From Bacteroidota bacterium (lineage in GTDB: Bacteria; Bacteroidota; Ignavibacteria; UBA10030; UBA8401), in the NCBI GenBank assembly GCA_005792285.1, contig SXSI01000049.1, positions 19,589-83,588 of the forward strand: a stretch of DNA of 64,000 bases, read 5' to 3'. Below are positions 21,693-31,662 of the stretch, piece by piece (position 1 is the first letter of the stretch; the number at the start of each line of letters is the position of its first letter). A program made the position numbers and the translations under genes. The notes beneath the pieces are model-generated. The model made no database searches. It worked only from the letters and a program-made list of their open reading frames with translations, and had not been told where the DNA came from.

Positions 21693-22127
21693 ATGATTTC
21701 TAATTTTATTTCAAGTTCCGAAAATGAAACAATTCAAATAGGGAAAGATTTTTCTTCGCAACTTATTTCTGGAGATATAGTTGAATTAATAGGCGATTTA
21801 GGAACAGGGAAAACACATTTTGTAAAAGGTGTATCGCTTGGAATTGGTGTAAAAAAATCGGCAATTAGTCCAACATTTACAATTGTAAATGAATATAATG
21901 GCGGACGAATTCCAATTTATCATATTGATTGCTATCGGTTACTGAATTCAAAAGAACTTTTAGAAATTGGAATTGAAGATTATTTTTTTGGTGAAGGTGT
22001 TTGTGTGATTGAATGGGGAAATAAAATTGAAGAATTTCTTCCGTTGCGAAGATATCAATGTGAGTTTAAATATGGTGAGAAAGTAAACGAAAGAATTATT
22101 GAAATTACAAAATTAGAAAAAATATGA
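21693..22127 (+). CDS. tsaE: tRNA t6A37 threonylcarbamoyladenosine biosynthesis protein TsaE
   Basis: P-loop 'GDLGTGKTHFVKG', 'SPTFTIVNEY' and 'YHIDCYRL'. Confidence 0.8.
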   Translation: MISNFISSSENETIQIGKDFSSQLISGDIVELIGDLGTGKTHFVKGVSLGIGVKKSAISPTFTIVNEYNGGRIPIYHIDCYRLLNSKELLEIGIEDYFFGEGVCVIEWGNKIEEFLPLRRYQCEFKYGEKVNERIIEITKLEKI

Positions 22128-22792
22128 TTTTAGGAATTGAAACAGCAACATCATCTTGTAGTGTTGCACTTGTAGAAGAAAAAACAGGAAAAGTAATTTC
22201 ATTTAGATCGGTTGTAGAAAAAAATATTCATTCCGAAAAATTATTATTTTTTACAGACGAAATTATTTGTGATGCAAAAATAACTTTGCAACAAATTTCA
22301 AAAGTTGCAGTTTCAATTGGACCAGGTTCATTTACAGGATTGCGAATTGGATTAAGTGCAGCCAAAGGATTTGCGAGTGCATTAAATATTCCAATAGTTC
22401 CAATTCCAACACTCGATGGATTAATTAATTTTGCACTCCAGGAAAAAATAATTGAATCTAATTCAAAAGTTATTGCAATGATTTCAACGAAAAGAGAAGA
22501 GGCATATTTTGCTAAGTATAATATTAGTGATTCTTTTCAAAGGATATCCACTTATGAAATTGGCCCGATAATTGATATATTCCAACAGAATAAAGATGCG
22601 AAATTTCTTTTTTCTAAAGAATGGAATGCATCGAAAGAAATAAATGCTGAAGAAAATAAAATTATTTTACCATGTTCAGCTATTTCAATTGCAAAATTAG
22701 CTATAAGAACTGAATATTTGGAGCTCAAAGAATTTAGCGAATTAGAACCAATGTATTTAAGAAATTTTGAACCAAAAATTAATATAAAGTAA
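22124..22792 (+). CDS. tsaB: tRNA t6A37 biosynthesis protein TsaB (YeaZ)
   Basis: 'ILGIETATSSCSVALVEE' and 'GPGSFTGLRIGLSAAKG'. Confidence 0.75.
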   Translation: MILGIETATSSCSVALVEEKTGKVISFRSVVEKNIHSEKLLFFTDEIICDAKITLQQISKVAVSIGPGSFTGLRIGLSAAKGFASALNIPIVPIPTLDGLINFALQEKIIESNSKVIAMISTKREEAYFAKYNISDSFQRISTYEIGPIIDIFQQNKDAKFLFSKEWNASKEINAEENKIILPCSAISIAKLAIRTEYLELKEFSELEPMYLRNFEPKINIK

Positions 22793-22801
22793 ATACTAAA
22801 T

Positions 22802-23638
22802 ATGGCTTGGTTTAAGCGATCAAAAGAAAATATAATAACTGATTCTAAAAAAGATACTCCCGAAGGACTTTGGCAAAAATGTCCATCTTGTGGAGAAATT
22901 CTACATGCACAAACTTTAATAGAAAATTTATCAGTTTGCTCAAAGTGTAATTATCATTTCAGAATTAGTTCTGAGGAATATTTTTCATTTCTACTGGATG
23001 ACAGAACATTCAAAGAATACGATTCCAAAATGATTTCGAAAGATTTTTTAAATTTTGTAGATACAAAAAAATATAAAGACAGAATTAAAGAGGCGATTAA
23101 AACAACAGGATTAAAAGATGCAATCCGATATGGAACGGCTGAAATAAATAAAATTCATATCGTAATCGCATGTATGGATTTTGGATTTATCGGAGGTAGT
23201 ATTGGTTCAGTTGTTGGAGAAAAAATTGCGCGAGCAACAGATGTTGCATTAAATAAAAAAATTCCGCTTATAATTATTTCTTCAAGTGGCGGAGCAAGAA
23301 TGATGGAAGCTGCACATTCACTTATGCAATTAGCAAAAACAAGTAGCCGATTAAATAAATTGGCGAAAGCAAAAATTCCTTATCTATCAATATTAACAGA
23401 TCCAACAACCGGTGGAGCTTCGGCAAGTTTCAGTATGCTTGGCGATGTTCACATTGCAGAGCCTGGCGCGTTAATTGGTTTTGCGGGACCTCGAGTTATT
23501 AAACAGACAATTAATAAAGAACTTCCCGAAGGATTTCAAAAAGCTGAAACCGTTTTAGAGAAAGGATTTATCGATATGGTTGTTCCGCGAAAAGATTTGA
23601 AACAAACAATTACACGACTCCTCACTTTAATAAAATAA
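22802..23638 (+). CDS. accD: Acetyl-CoA carboxylase carboxyltransferase beta subunit
   Basis: N-terminal Zn ribbon 'CPSCGEILHAQTL...CSKCNYHF'. Carboxyltransferase core 'GGSIGSVVGEK...GGARMMEA'. Confidence 0.85.
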   Translation: MAWFKRSKENIITDSKKDTPEGLWQKCPSCGEILHAQTLIENLSVCSKCNYHFRISSEEYFSFLLDDRTFKEYDSKMISKDFLNFVDTKKYKDRIKEAIKTTGLKDAIRYGTAEINKIHIVIACMDFGFIGGSIGSVVGEKIARATDVALNKKIPLIIISSSGGARMMEAAHSLMQLAKTSSRLNKLAKAKIPYLSILTDPTTGGASASFSMLGDVHIAEPGALIGFAGPRVIKQTINKELPEGFQKAETVLEKGFIDMVVPRKDLKQTITRLLTLIK

Positions 23639-23640
23639 AA

Positions 23641-24543
23641 ATGAGAATTACAATTTTAGGTATGCCGATGGATCTTGGTTCGGGAAGACGTGGAGTTGAT
23701 ATGGGTCCTTCTGCAATTAGAATTGCAGGACTTTCTGAAAAATTAAAATCAATTGGTCATATTGTTACAGATGAAGGTGACATTTTAATTAAAGCTCCCG
23801 AACAACAACGTGTGAAAGATGACAAGTTAAAATATTTAAATGAAATTGTGAGAAGTTGTAATTTACTTTCAAATCGAATTGAAAGAATTTTATCAGTTAA
23901 AAGTTTTCCTTTAATTCTCGGTGGCGATCATTCAATTGCAATTGGAACGTTGGCAGGAATTTGAAATTTCAATAAAAGACAAAATAATACAGTTGGTTTA
24001 ATTTGGTTTGATGCACTTGGAGATTTAAATACTGCAGATACAACTCCTTCCGGGAATATTCATGGAATGCCACTTGCAGCTTGTTTGGGACAGGGAAGTA
24101 AATATTTAACTTCAGTTGGCGGAGAATTTCAAAAAATTCATCCTAAAAATGTTGTGATGATTGGAATTCGAGAATTAGATGAAGGTGAAAAAAAATTAAT
24201 AAAAAAATTGGGAATTACAATTTTTACGATGGAAGATATTGACAAAGAGGGAATGGGCTCAATAGTTAAAAAGTCACTAAAAAAATTAAAACATGTTGAT
24301 CATCTTCATGTAAGTTTAGATCTCGATGCATTAGATCCAACTTTCGCTCCCGGAGTTGGAACTCCTGTTAAAGGTGGACTTGATTACAGAGAAGCTCATC
24401 TTTTTATGGAATCGCTTTTTGATTCAGGGAAGTTGTCAAGTTTAGAAGTTGTTGAAGAAAATCCAATTCTCGATATTAAAAATCAAACTGCAGAATTAGC
24501 TGTGGATTTAATTCTTTCTTCATTTGGAAAAAAAATAATTTAA
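23641..24543 (+). pseudogene. rocF: Arginase (ureohydrolase family) interrupted by a single in-frame TGA at 23962-23964. Both halves are otherwise intact and in the same frame
   Basis: '[53 protein letters not shown]' parallels B. subtilis RocF '[50 protein letters not shown]'. The stop replaces one residue, with no frameshift. Confidence 0.6.
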
Positions 24544-25304
24544 TGACAACACAACTTGCAGTTATTATTTTAGCAGCTGGAAAAGGGACAAGAATGAACA
24601 ATACGGAAAAAGCAAAAGTAATGTTTGAGATTTTGGGAATTCCGATGATTGGTAGAGTTGTAGAAATGGCTTTAAAATTGAATCCGCAAAAAGTTATAGT
24701 TGTGGTTGGTTACCAAAGAGAAATGGTTCAAGAATATTTAACTCAATTCAATCATCAACTGAAGACAGTAATTCAAGATCCGCAATTAGGAACTGGTCAA
24801 GCAACATCTTTGACTGAAACAGAATTAATTAATTTCAATGGAAATATTTTGGTATTAGCTGGCGATGTTCCACTTTTATTATCTTCTTCAATATTACAAT
24901 TAATAAATTATCATGAACAAAATAAATCTGCCGCAACAATATTAACTGCAAACTTAGATAATCCTTTTGGTTATGGTAGAATAATTCGTGATAAAAACGG
25001 AAATGTTAATTCAATTGTTGAAGAAAAAGATGCAACTGAAGAAGAGAAAAAAATAAATGAAATTAATTCCGGAATTTATATCTTTCAAAAAGATATATTA
25101 TTCGATGCATTAAAGAAAATTAAACCACATAATTCACAAAAAGAATTATATTTGACCGATGTTATTGCAATATTTAAGAATCAAAATTTACAAGTCTCAG
25201 CAACCCAAGTTAAAGATAGTATGGAAATATTGGGAATAAATACGGTTGACCAGTTAATAGATGTTGAAAAATTGTTTATAGAAAAAAATGAAAAATCAAG
25301 TTGA
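24543..25304 (+). CDS. Sugar-1-phosphate nucleotidyltransferase resembling the GlmU N-terminal (uridyltransferase) domain only. There is no left-handed beta-helix acetyltransferase domain
   Basis: 'LAVIILAAGKGTRM', 'QDPQLGTGQA' and 'LAGDVPLL' match the GlmU N-domain. The protein ends at 253 aa. Confidence 0.55.
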   Translation: MTTQLAVIILAAGKGTRMNNTEKAKVMFEILGIPMIGRVVEMALKLNPQKVIVVVGYQREMVQEYLTQFNHQLKTVIQDPQLGTGQATSLTETELINFNGNILVLAGDVPLLLSSSILQLINYHEQNKSAATILTANLDNPFGYGRIIRDKNGNVNSIVEEKDATEEEKKINEINSGIYIFQKDILFDALKKIKPHNSQKELYLTDVIAIFKNQNLQVSATQVKDSMEILGINTVDQLIDVEKLFIEKNEKSS

Positions 25305-25335
25305 CAAAAGTTTAAGAAATAGTTATTATTACAGT

Positions 25336-25803
25336 ATGAAATATACAATTATCTTTATTTTGTCATTTGTACAAATTAGTTTGGCTCAATTTAAAAATAC
25401 CGGACAAGTTACTCCAAGTGTAAGTTCTGCAATTTTGAGGCCGATGACTTTAAATAATTATCAGCAATTAATTGATCCTTCAAAATTACAAATGAGACAT
25501 TCAATTGCGATGTCTTTTATTTCTTCCGGAAATCAAAATATAATGTTGAATAGTTATACAAATTCACTTTCATATTTATTTAATGATAAATTATATGCGA
25601 ATGTAGATATCAGCATTCAAAGTTCGCCATACAGCTCATTAGATCCACGACTTTCAAATCAACTTTCAGGAGTTTTTATAAGAAATGCAGAACTTGTTTA
25701 TCGTCCGACGAAAGAATTTCACATTGGAATTTCTTATCAACAATCACCATCTTCAAATTATTACCGTAATAGGTTATTATTCGACGATTCATTTGGGAAG
25801 TAG
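25336..25803 (+). CDS. Exported hypothetical protein. The start 'MKYTIIFIL' is preferred over the listed 25288
   Basis: Signal peptide, S/N/Q-rich. No motifs. Confidence 0.35.
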   Translation: MKYTIIFILSFVQISLAQFKNTGQVTPSVSSAILRPMTLNNYQQLIDPSKLQMRHSIAMSFISSGNQNIMLNSYTNSLSYLFNDKLYANVDISIQSSPYSSLDPRLSNQLSGVFIRNAELVYRPTKEFHIGISYQQSPSSNYYRNRLLFDDSFGK

Positions 25804-25838
25804 TTTGTTTTCTGTTTTAATAGAAGTGATGTAAATAA

Positions 25839-26303
25839 ATGACATCACATTTCAAAAATCTCTCATCAAAATATTTTATTGTTTTAGTTTTATTGGTAAG
25901 CAGTGGAGTTATTATCAATATTTACATTTTATTTGAATCATGGAATAACAATGTAATTCTTTCCGATAAAATATTTACAAAAGATTCTCTATCAACCGTG
26001 CAGTTAAATGTTTTAAATGGTTGTGGTAAAAGTGGTGTTGCAGATAAAGTTACATTGTATTTAAGAAACTTAGGATTTGATGTTGTTGATATTGGGAATT
26101 ATCAAAATTTTAATGTAAAAGAAACTTTAGTAATAGATCGTGTTGGAATAAAAAATAATGTTGATAATGCTATTCCATTTTTAGTTGCAACGCATTTGGG
26201 AATTACAAATAGCAATGTAGTACAACAAATTAATCCTTTATTTTATGTTAACACAACTATTGTAATCGGAAATGATTTTGATAAATTAAAACCTTGGAAA
26301 TAA
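25839..26303 (+). CDS. Membrane-anchored LytR_C (LytR cell-envelope-related attenuator C-terminal) domain protein
   Basis: N-terminal TM helix. 'VQLNVLNGCGKSGVADKVTLYLRNLGFDVVDIGN' is the LytR_C signature. Confidence 0.55.
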   Translation: MTSHFKNLSSKYFIVLVLLVSSGVIINIYILFESWNNNVILSDKIFTKDSLSTVQLNVLNGCGKSGVADKVTLYLRNLGFDVVDIGNYQNFNVKETLVIDRVGIKNNVDNAIPFLVATHLGITNSNVVQQINPLFYVNTTIVIGNDFDKLKPWK

Positions 26304-26307
26304 ATTT

Positions 26308-26697
26308 ATGACACCAAAAATATTAGCAAAAAAAATAGCAAAAATAATTTTATCAAAAAAAGCAACTGATGTTGTAATTCTTGACATTAAAAAATTAACT
26401 ACAATGACAGATTATTTTGTAATCTGTTCAGCAAGTTCAAATACACAAGTAAGAGCAATAGCTGACGAAATTATAGATGAGATGAAAGAGATTGACGAAT
26501 TACATGTTCAATGTGAAGGTTATACTGAAGGTTCGTGGGTTATAATAGATTTGTTTAATATTGTTGTACATATATTTCAAGTAGATGCGCGGAATTATTA
26601 TGATATAGAAAAATTATGGGAAGATGCTAAAATTGAAATTATAGTTGACAAACCCGTAGTTAAAAAGAAAAAAGTCGTAACACGCAAAAAAAAATAA
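26308..26697 (+). CDS. rsfS: Ribosome silencing factor RsfS (Iojap)
   Basis: 'DVVILDIKKLTTMTDYFVICSASSNTQVRAIADEI...GSWVIIDLFNIVVHIFQ'. Lys-rich tail. Confidence 0.8.
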   Translation: MTPKILAKKIAKIILSKKATDVVILDIKKLTTMTDYFVICSASSNTQVRAIADEIIDEMKEIDELHVQCEGYTEGSWVIIDLFNIVVHIFQVDARNYYDIEKLWEDAKIEIIVDKPVVKKKKVVTRKKK

Positions 26698-28352
26698 TGC
26701 AGGAATATCTCATTCAACAATTGAAGGGAGCTCTGCAGAAATTAAATTATCCCTCAATTGAAGTCCAACTTGAAAAACCAAGAATTCCTGAACATGGAGA
26801 TGTGTGTTGCACAATCGCGTTATCGCTTGCGAAAATACTAAATAAACCACCTCGTGAAATTGCCAACGAAATAAAAAATAATTTAATTCTTGATACTTCA
26901 ATTATAAAGTCAGTAGAAATTGCGGGAGCTGGATTTATTAACTTTAATTTTGCTAATTCAGCAATAATAAATAAAGCAAAATATATTCTCGAGTTAAATG
27001 ATCTTTATGGTAAATCGAATATTGGTAAAAATAAAAAAACAAATCTCGAATGGGTAAGTGCAAATCCAACTGGTCCATTACACAGTGGACATGGTAGGCA
27101 AGTTTGTTTAGGTGGTGTAATTGCAAATTTACTCGAGTGGAATGGTTTTGATGTAACGCGCGAATATTATTTTAATAATGCCGGCAATCAAATGAAATTA
27201 CTTGCTGACAGTATTTTTGCACGATATGTTAAATTATGCGGCGGCAATATTCATTTTCCTGAAAATGGATATCAGGGAAATTATATTAATACAATTGCTG
27301 AAGAGATAAAAATAAAATTTGGTTCAACTATAAGTCGGGATCACAAAGATGAAAATGGAAAACCATTATTCCAATCTTTTGGTGAAAAGTGGTGTTTTCA
27401 AAGTATACAAGAAACGCTTCACAAACTTAATATTAAGCATGATGTTTTTTACAACGAAGATTCACTTTATAGTAGTGGGAAAATTGATGAAGTAATTTCA
27501 CTTCTTCGAAAAAAAGATTTGGTTTACGAAGAAGAAGGCGCACTTTGGTTTCGTACTTCAAAACTCGGAATTGATAAAGACAGAGTAATTGTAAAAAGTA
27601 CAGGAGAGCCAACTTATAGATTGCCAGATATTGCATATCATCAAGAAAAATTTGAAAGAGGGTTTGAATTTTTAGTTGATATTTTTGGCGCTGATCATAT
27701 TGCAACTATCATAGATGTAATTGCAGGACTCGAAGCACTTGGTTATGATAAATCAAAAGTAAAAGTAATAATTCATCAAATGGTTTCTTTTGTTGAAGGG
27801 GAAGAAGTTGTAAAAATGTCAAAACGGAATGCAAAAGTTTATACTCTCGATGAATTAATTAATGATGTTGGAGTTGATGCTGTATTTTATTTTTTTATAA
27901 TGAGAAGTGCAAATACACATTTGGAATTTGATATATCGCTTGCAAAAAAACAATCTGAAGAAAATCCACTTTACTATGTACAATATGCTCATGCAAGAAT
28001 TGCAAGTATTTTACGATTTGCAGAAGAAGAAAAATATTTCACATCTCCAATAGACATTTTACAAAAATCAAATTTTGAATTAGTTCAAAAAAAAGAAGAA
28101 ATTGAATTGATGAAAGTGTTGCTAGAATTCCCATCTATAATTATTCAATCATCAGAAATGTTTGAACCTCACAGATTACCAACTTATTTAAAATCGGTAG
28201 CCGAATCATTCCACAGATTTTATCACAATAATCGGGTAATGGGGGAAGAGAAGAACACAACGCAAGCAAGGTTGGCAATTTGTGTTATGACGAAAATAGT
28301 AATCAAAAACTGCTGTAAAATATTGAATGTTTCCGTTCCGGAGAAAATGTAG
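26697..28352 (+). CDS. argS: Arginine--tRNA ligase
   Basis: HIGH region 'ANPTGPLHSGHGR'. C-terminal anticodon-binding domain. 551 aa. Confidence 0.9.
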   Translation: MQEYLIQQLKGALQKLNYPSIEVQLEKPRIPEHGDVCCTIALSLAKILNKPPREIANEIKNNLILDTSIIKSVEIAGAGFINFNFANSAIINKAKYILELNDLYGKSNIGKNKKTNLEWVSANPTGPLHSGHGRQVCLGGVIANLLEWNGFDVTREYYFNNAGNQMKLLADSIFARYVKLCGGNIHFPENGYQGNYINTIAEEIKIKFGSTISRDHKDENGKPLFQSFGEKWCFQSIQETLHKLNIKHDVFYNEDSLYSSGKIDEVISLLRKKDLVYEEEGALWFRTSKLGIDKDRVIVKSTGEPTYRLPDIAYHQEKFERGFEFLVDIFGADHIATIIDVIAGLEALGYDKSKVKVIIHQMVSFVEGEEVVKMSKRNAKVYTLDELINDVGVDAVFYFFIMRSANTHLEFDISLAKKQSEENPLYYVQYAHARIASILRFAEEEKYFTSPIDILQKSNFELVQKKEEIELMKVLLEFPSIIIQSSEMFEPHRLPTYLKSVAESFHRFYHNNRVMGEEKNTTQARLAICVMTKIVIKNCCKILNVSVPEKM

Positions 28353-28511
28353 TTTACTTGCAATTAAGCTACTCTTTTCGTAAATATGGCTATGATTTTA
28401 TCAAAAAGAGGACATAAATAACCTCGTCTTGTTACCCGCCGCAGTGTAAAGCTGCAAATTTTTTACATTAATAATATTTAAAGGAGTGCTTAATAAATTT
28501 GTATTTCAATT

Positions 28512-29009
28512 ATGCAATTAGAAAATAATATAAAATTTACAATTGGTGAAATTGAAGGAGTTATATTTAAACCACTCCACATTTTCGTTGATTCGCGTGG
28601 ATGGTTAACTGAAATTTTTCGTGAAGATGAAATTGAAAATGAATTTATGCCAAAAATGGCTTACATATCGATGACAGAAACAGGAATTACAAGAGGTCCA
28701 CATGAACATGTTGATCAAGCAGATATGTTTGTATTTATGAAACCATCAAAGTTTAAATTATTCTTATGGGATATGCGTAAACAAAGTTCAACTTATCTTA
28801 ATAAGATATTTATTGAAGTTGGTGAAAATAATCCATGTATGGTAATTATTCCGTCGGGAGTTGTACATGCATATAAAAATATAGGGACTAAACAAGGAAT
28901 GGTTTATAATTTACCAAATAGATTATTTGCAGGAGTTGGTAAAAAAGAAAAAGTAGATGAAGTACGACATGAATCAAATCCCGATTCACCATTTAAAATG
29001 GATGAATAG
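28512..29009 (+). CDS. RmlC-family cupin (dTDP-4-dehydrorhamnose 3,5-epimerase-like, or 3,4-ketoisomerase)
   Basis: 'GITRGPHEHVDQADMFVF', 'KLFLWDMRKQSSTY' and 'VVHAYKNIG' match RmlC-like cupin blocks. Confidence 0.5.
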   Translation: MQLENNIKFTIGEIEGVIFKPLHIFVDSRGWLTEIFREDEIENEFMPKMAYISMTETGITRGPHEHVDQADMFVFMKPSKFKLFLWDMRKQSSTYLNKIFIEVGENNPCMVIIPSGVVHAYKNIGTKQGMVYNLPNRLFAGVGKKEKVDEVRHESNPDSPFKMDE

Positions 29010-30023
29010 ATGAAGAATATTTTAGTAACAGGAGGTGCTGGTTTTATCGGAAGTAACTTCATCCATTATTTATTAGAAAAATATTCTGATATCAAAGTAA
29101 TAAATTTTGATAAACTAACTTATGCGGCGAATCTTGAAAATTTAAAAAATATTGAAAATGATAGTCGTTATACATTTGTCCAAGGAGATATTTGTAATTC
29201 CGAAGTAGTAAATAAAACAATTAGAGAATTTCAAATTGATACGATTGTACATTTTGCTGCCGAGTCGCATGTTGACAGAAGTATATTGGGACCGCAAATA
29301 TTTATTCAAACAAATGTAGTTGGCACTTCTATTTTACTTGAAGCAGCAAGAAATAATAAAATTAATAAATTCGTTCATGTTTCAACTGATGAAGTTTATG
29401 GTTCACTCGGAGCTGTTGGAAAATTCACTGAAAAATCTCCTTTAGATCCAACGTCACCATATTCATCATCCAAAGCTTCATCAGATCTTATTGCTTTGTC
29501 GTACTTTAAAACTTTTAATTTGCCTGTTGTTATTACAAGATGTTCAAATAATTATGGACCATTTCAATTTCCGGAAAAATTAATTCCATTAATGATTGCA
29601 AATGCGTTGGCAAATAAACCGTTGCCTGTTTATGGAGAAGGATTAAATATTCGGGATTGGCTTTACGTGAGAGATCATTGTTCAGCAATTGATGTTGTAC
29701 TTAAAAAAGGGAAAAGTGGAGAAGTATATAATGTTGGTGGAAATAATGAATGGAAAAATATTGAAATTGTAAAACTTCTTTTGAAAACTTTAGAAAAATC
29801 AGATTCGTTAATTCAATTTGTTAAAGATAGAGTTGCTCATGATTTTAGATATGCGATTGATGCATCCAAAATAAAAAATGAACTTAGTTGGATTCCAGAA
29901 CATAATTTTGAAAATGGTTTACAAGAAACTATAAAATGGTATTTAGAGAACGAATCATGGTGGAAGAGAATTATAAGTGGAGATTATCAAAAGTATTATG
30001 AATTACAATATTCAAATCGATAA
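29010..30023 (+). CDS. rfbB: dTDP-glucose 4,6-dehydratase
   Basis: 'ILVTGGAGFIGSNF', the 'YSSSKASSD' YxxxK region and 'TRCSNNYGPFQFPEKLIP'. Confidence 0.9.
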   Translation: MKNILVTGGAGFIGSNFIHYLLEKYSDIKVINFDKLTYAANLENLKNIENDSRYTFVQGDICNSEVVNKTIREFQIDTIVHFAAESHVDRSILGPQIFIQTNVVGTSILLEAARNNKINKFVHVSTDEVYGSLGAVGKFTEKSPLDPTSPYSSSKASSDLIALSYFKTFNLPVVITRCSNNYGPFQFPEKLIPLMIANALANKPLPVYGEGLNIRDWLYVRDHCSAIDVVLKKGKSGEVYNVGGNNEWKNIEIVKLLLKTLEKSDSLIQFVKDRVAHDFRYAIDASKIKNELSWIPEHNFENGLQETIKWYLENESWWKRIISGDYQKYYELQYSNR

Positions 30024-30038
30024 ATTTATTACAAAATT

Positions 30039-31661
30039 ATGAAACACATTTTATTTTTAATTTTATCTTTTCCAATAATAGTAATGTCGCAAGGGCTTGA
30101 TGCAGCCGATATTTCTAAATCTGCGACAGGGAATAGTATTTCACCTTTTACTACCACATTATTAAAACCATCAATTTTGGAAGGTGTTATTAATTCATCG
30201 GAATATAAAGTTGGTCCTGGTGATATTTTTGGTTTAAGTGTTTCTTCGAGCACTCCTTTTTCAATTGAAGTATTTGTTACACCGGAAGGATCAATATTAA
30301 TCCCAACAGTTGGAAATATAAATATAGCCGGATTAACACTTGAACAATCAAAACAAAAAATTGCTAATTCAGTAAAAAATAAATATTCAATGAGTGAAGT
30401 AAATATTGTATTAATGGTTCCGAGAATATTTAAAGTTACAGTAATTGGCGAAGTAGAATTTCCGGCATTGTATAATGCTCAAGCAACTGATAGAGTTAGT
30501 GTAATTATTGCACACGCTAATGGTGAAAAAGAATATGTTGGATTAAATCCAGTAAATAAAAAAACAAATGGCTCAACAAGAAATATAAAGGTTATTCATA
30601 AATCCGGAACAGAAACATTTATAGATCTTGAATTATACAAGTCAACTCGAAACACAAAATACAATCCATATTTACAAGATGGCGATGTGATAATAATTCC
30701 TAAAAAGCAAATTGAAAAAAATTATTTAGCAATTTATGGTGAAGTTAATTTTCAAGGTACTTATGAATATTTAGAAAGTGATAATCTAAAAATTTTAATT
30801 TTAATTGCAGGTGATGTCTCTTCATTAGCAGATTTAAAAAATGTTGAAGTTACTCGTTGGAATAATCAAACTCAAAAAGATGAAATAATAAAATTAGATC
30901 TTCAATCGAACCCGGAAAATTTTGGTTTTGTATTAAAAAGAGGAGACAGAGTAAATATATTTTCTATAATATCTACTAATTTTAATTATACGGTTCGAGT
31001 TGATGGTGAAGTAAACAATCCGGGAATTTATCCAATCACAAAAGAAGCAACTTATCTTTCAGAAATTATAAATCGAGCAGGTGGATTTACAAAATTTGCA
31101 TCGATGAATTCTTCTAAAATAGCTCGTCGTTTAGTAACTCATTCAGAATTGGAAGTAGAAAAATTGGAAGGAATAAGAGGAAATCTTGCGCCTGAAGATA
31201 TAGAATATTTTAATACAGAGACTGCATTAAGAATTAACCGTGAAATTGTGGTTGTTGATTTCAATGATATTTTTAAAGAAAATAATAAAGTTGCAGATGT
31301 ATTATTAAAATCTGGAGATGTAATTTCAATTCCTTCAATTCAAAAAAATATTTACATATACGGACAAGTTGCAAAGCCAGGATATATTCCTTTGCTTAGT
31401 TCAAATAAAGTTGATGATTATATTAATTTTGCTGGAGGTTTTCTTGAGAATGCGAAAAGTGGTGATATAAAAATTATTAAATCGAGTACAAAAGAATGGG
31501 TTGATCCGAGTGAAACCACAATCGAAGATGGAGATTATATTTTTGTTCCTAAAGAACCTTACCGAGCACCAAGATATTATTTTGAAACTTTCCGCGATAT
31601 AGCAGCATTAACAACTTCACTTGCAACATTATATTTAATGGTTATTCAAATAGGCAAATAA
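30039..31661 (+). CDS. Polysaccharide export protein (Wza-like: Poly_export plus SLBB domains)
   Basis: Signal peptide. 'YKVGPGDIFGLSV' is a Poly_export motif. Repeated soluble-ligand-binding beta-grasp units. Confidence 0.75.
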   Translation: MKHILFLILSFPIIVMSQGLDAADISKSATGNSISPFTTTLLKPSILEGVINSSEYKVGPGDIFGLSVSSSTPFSIEVFVTPEGSILIPTVGNINIAGLTLEQSKQKIANSVKNKYSMSEVNIVLMVPRIFKVTVIGEVEFPALYNAQATDRVSVIIAHANGEKEYVGLNPVNKKTNGSTRNIKVIHKSGTETFIDLELYKSTRNTKYNPYLQDGDVIIIPKKQIEKNYLAIYGEVNFQGTYEYLESDNLKILILIAGDVSSLADLKNVEVTRWNNQTQKDEIIKLDLQSNPENFGFVLKRGDRVNIFSIISTNFNYTVRVDGEVNNPGIYPITKEATYLSEIINRAGGFTKFASMNSSKIARRLVTHSELEVEKLEGIRGNLAPEDIEYFNTETALRINREIVVVDFNDIFKENNKVADVLLKSGDVISIPSIQKNIYIYGQVAKPGYIPLLSSNKVDDYINFAGGFLENAKSGDIKIIKSSTKEWVDPSETTIEDGDYIFVPKEPYRAPRYYFETFRDIAALTTSLATLYLMVIQIGK

Positions 31662-31662
31662 A

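Noticed and set aside
23962-23964. TGA in arginase read as selenocysteine or as an alternative genetic code (TGA=Trp/Gly)
   Set aside because: TGA clearly terminates other genes in the window (for example 6806-6808 with an ATGA overlap, and 49873-49875). No SECIS-like hairpin follows. Arginase is not a known selenoprotein.
28353-28511. GCAG-tgtaaag-CTGC hairpin plus AAATTTTTT after argS, considered as a terminator or an ops/JUMPstart-like element ahead of the polysaccharide locus
   Set aside because: Only a 4-bp stem. The nearby 'CCGCCGCAGTGT' does not match the GGCGGTAGnnTG ops consensus. Too weak to call.
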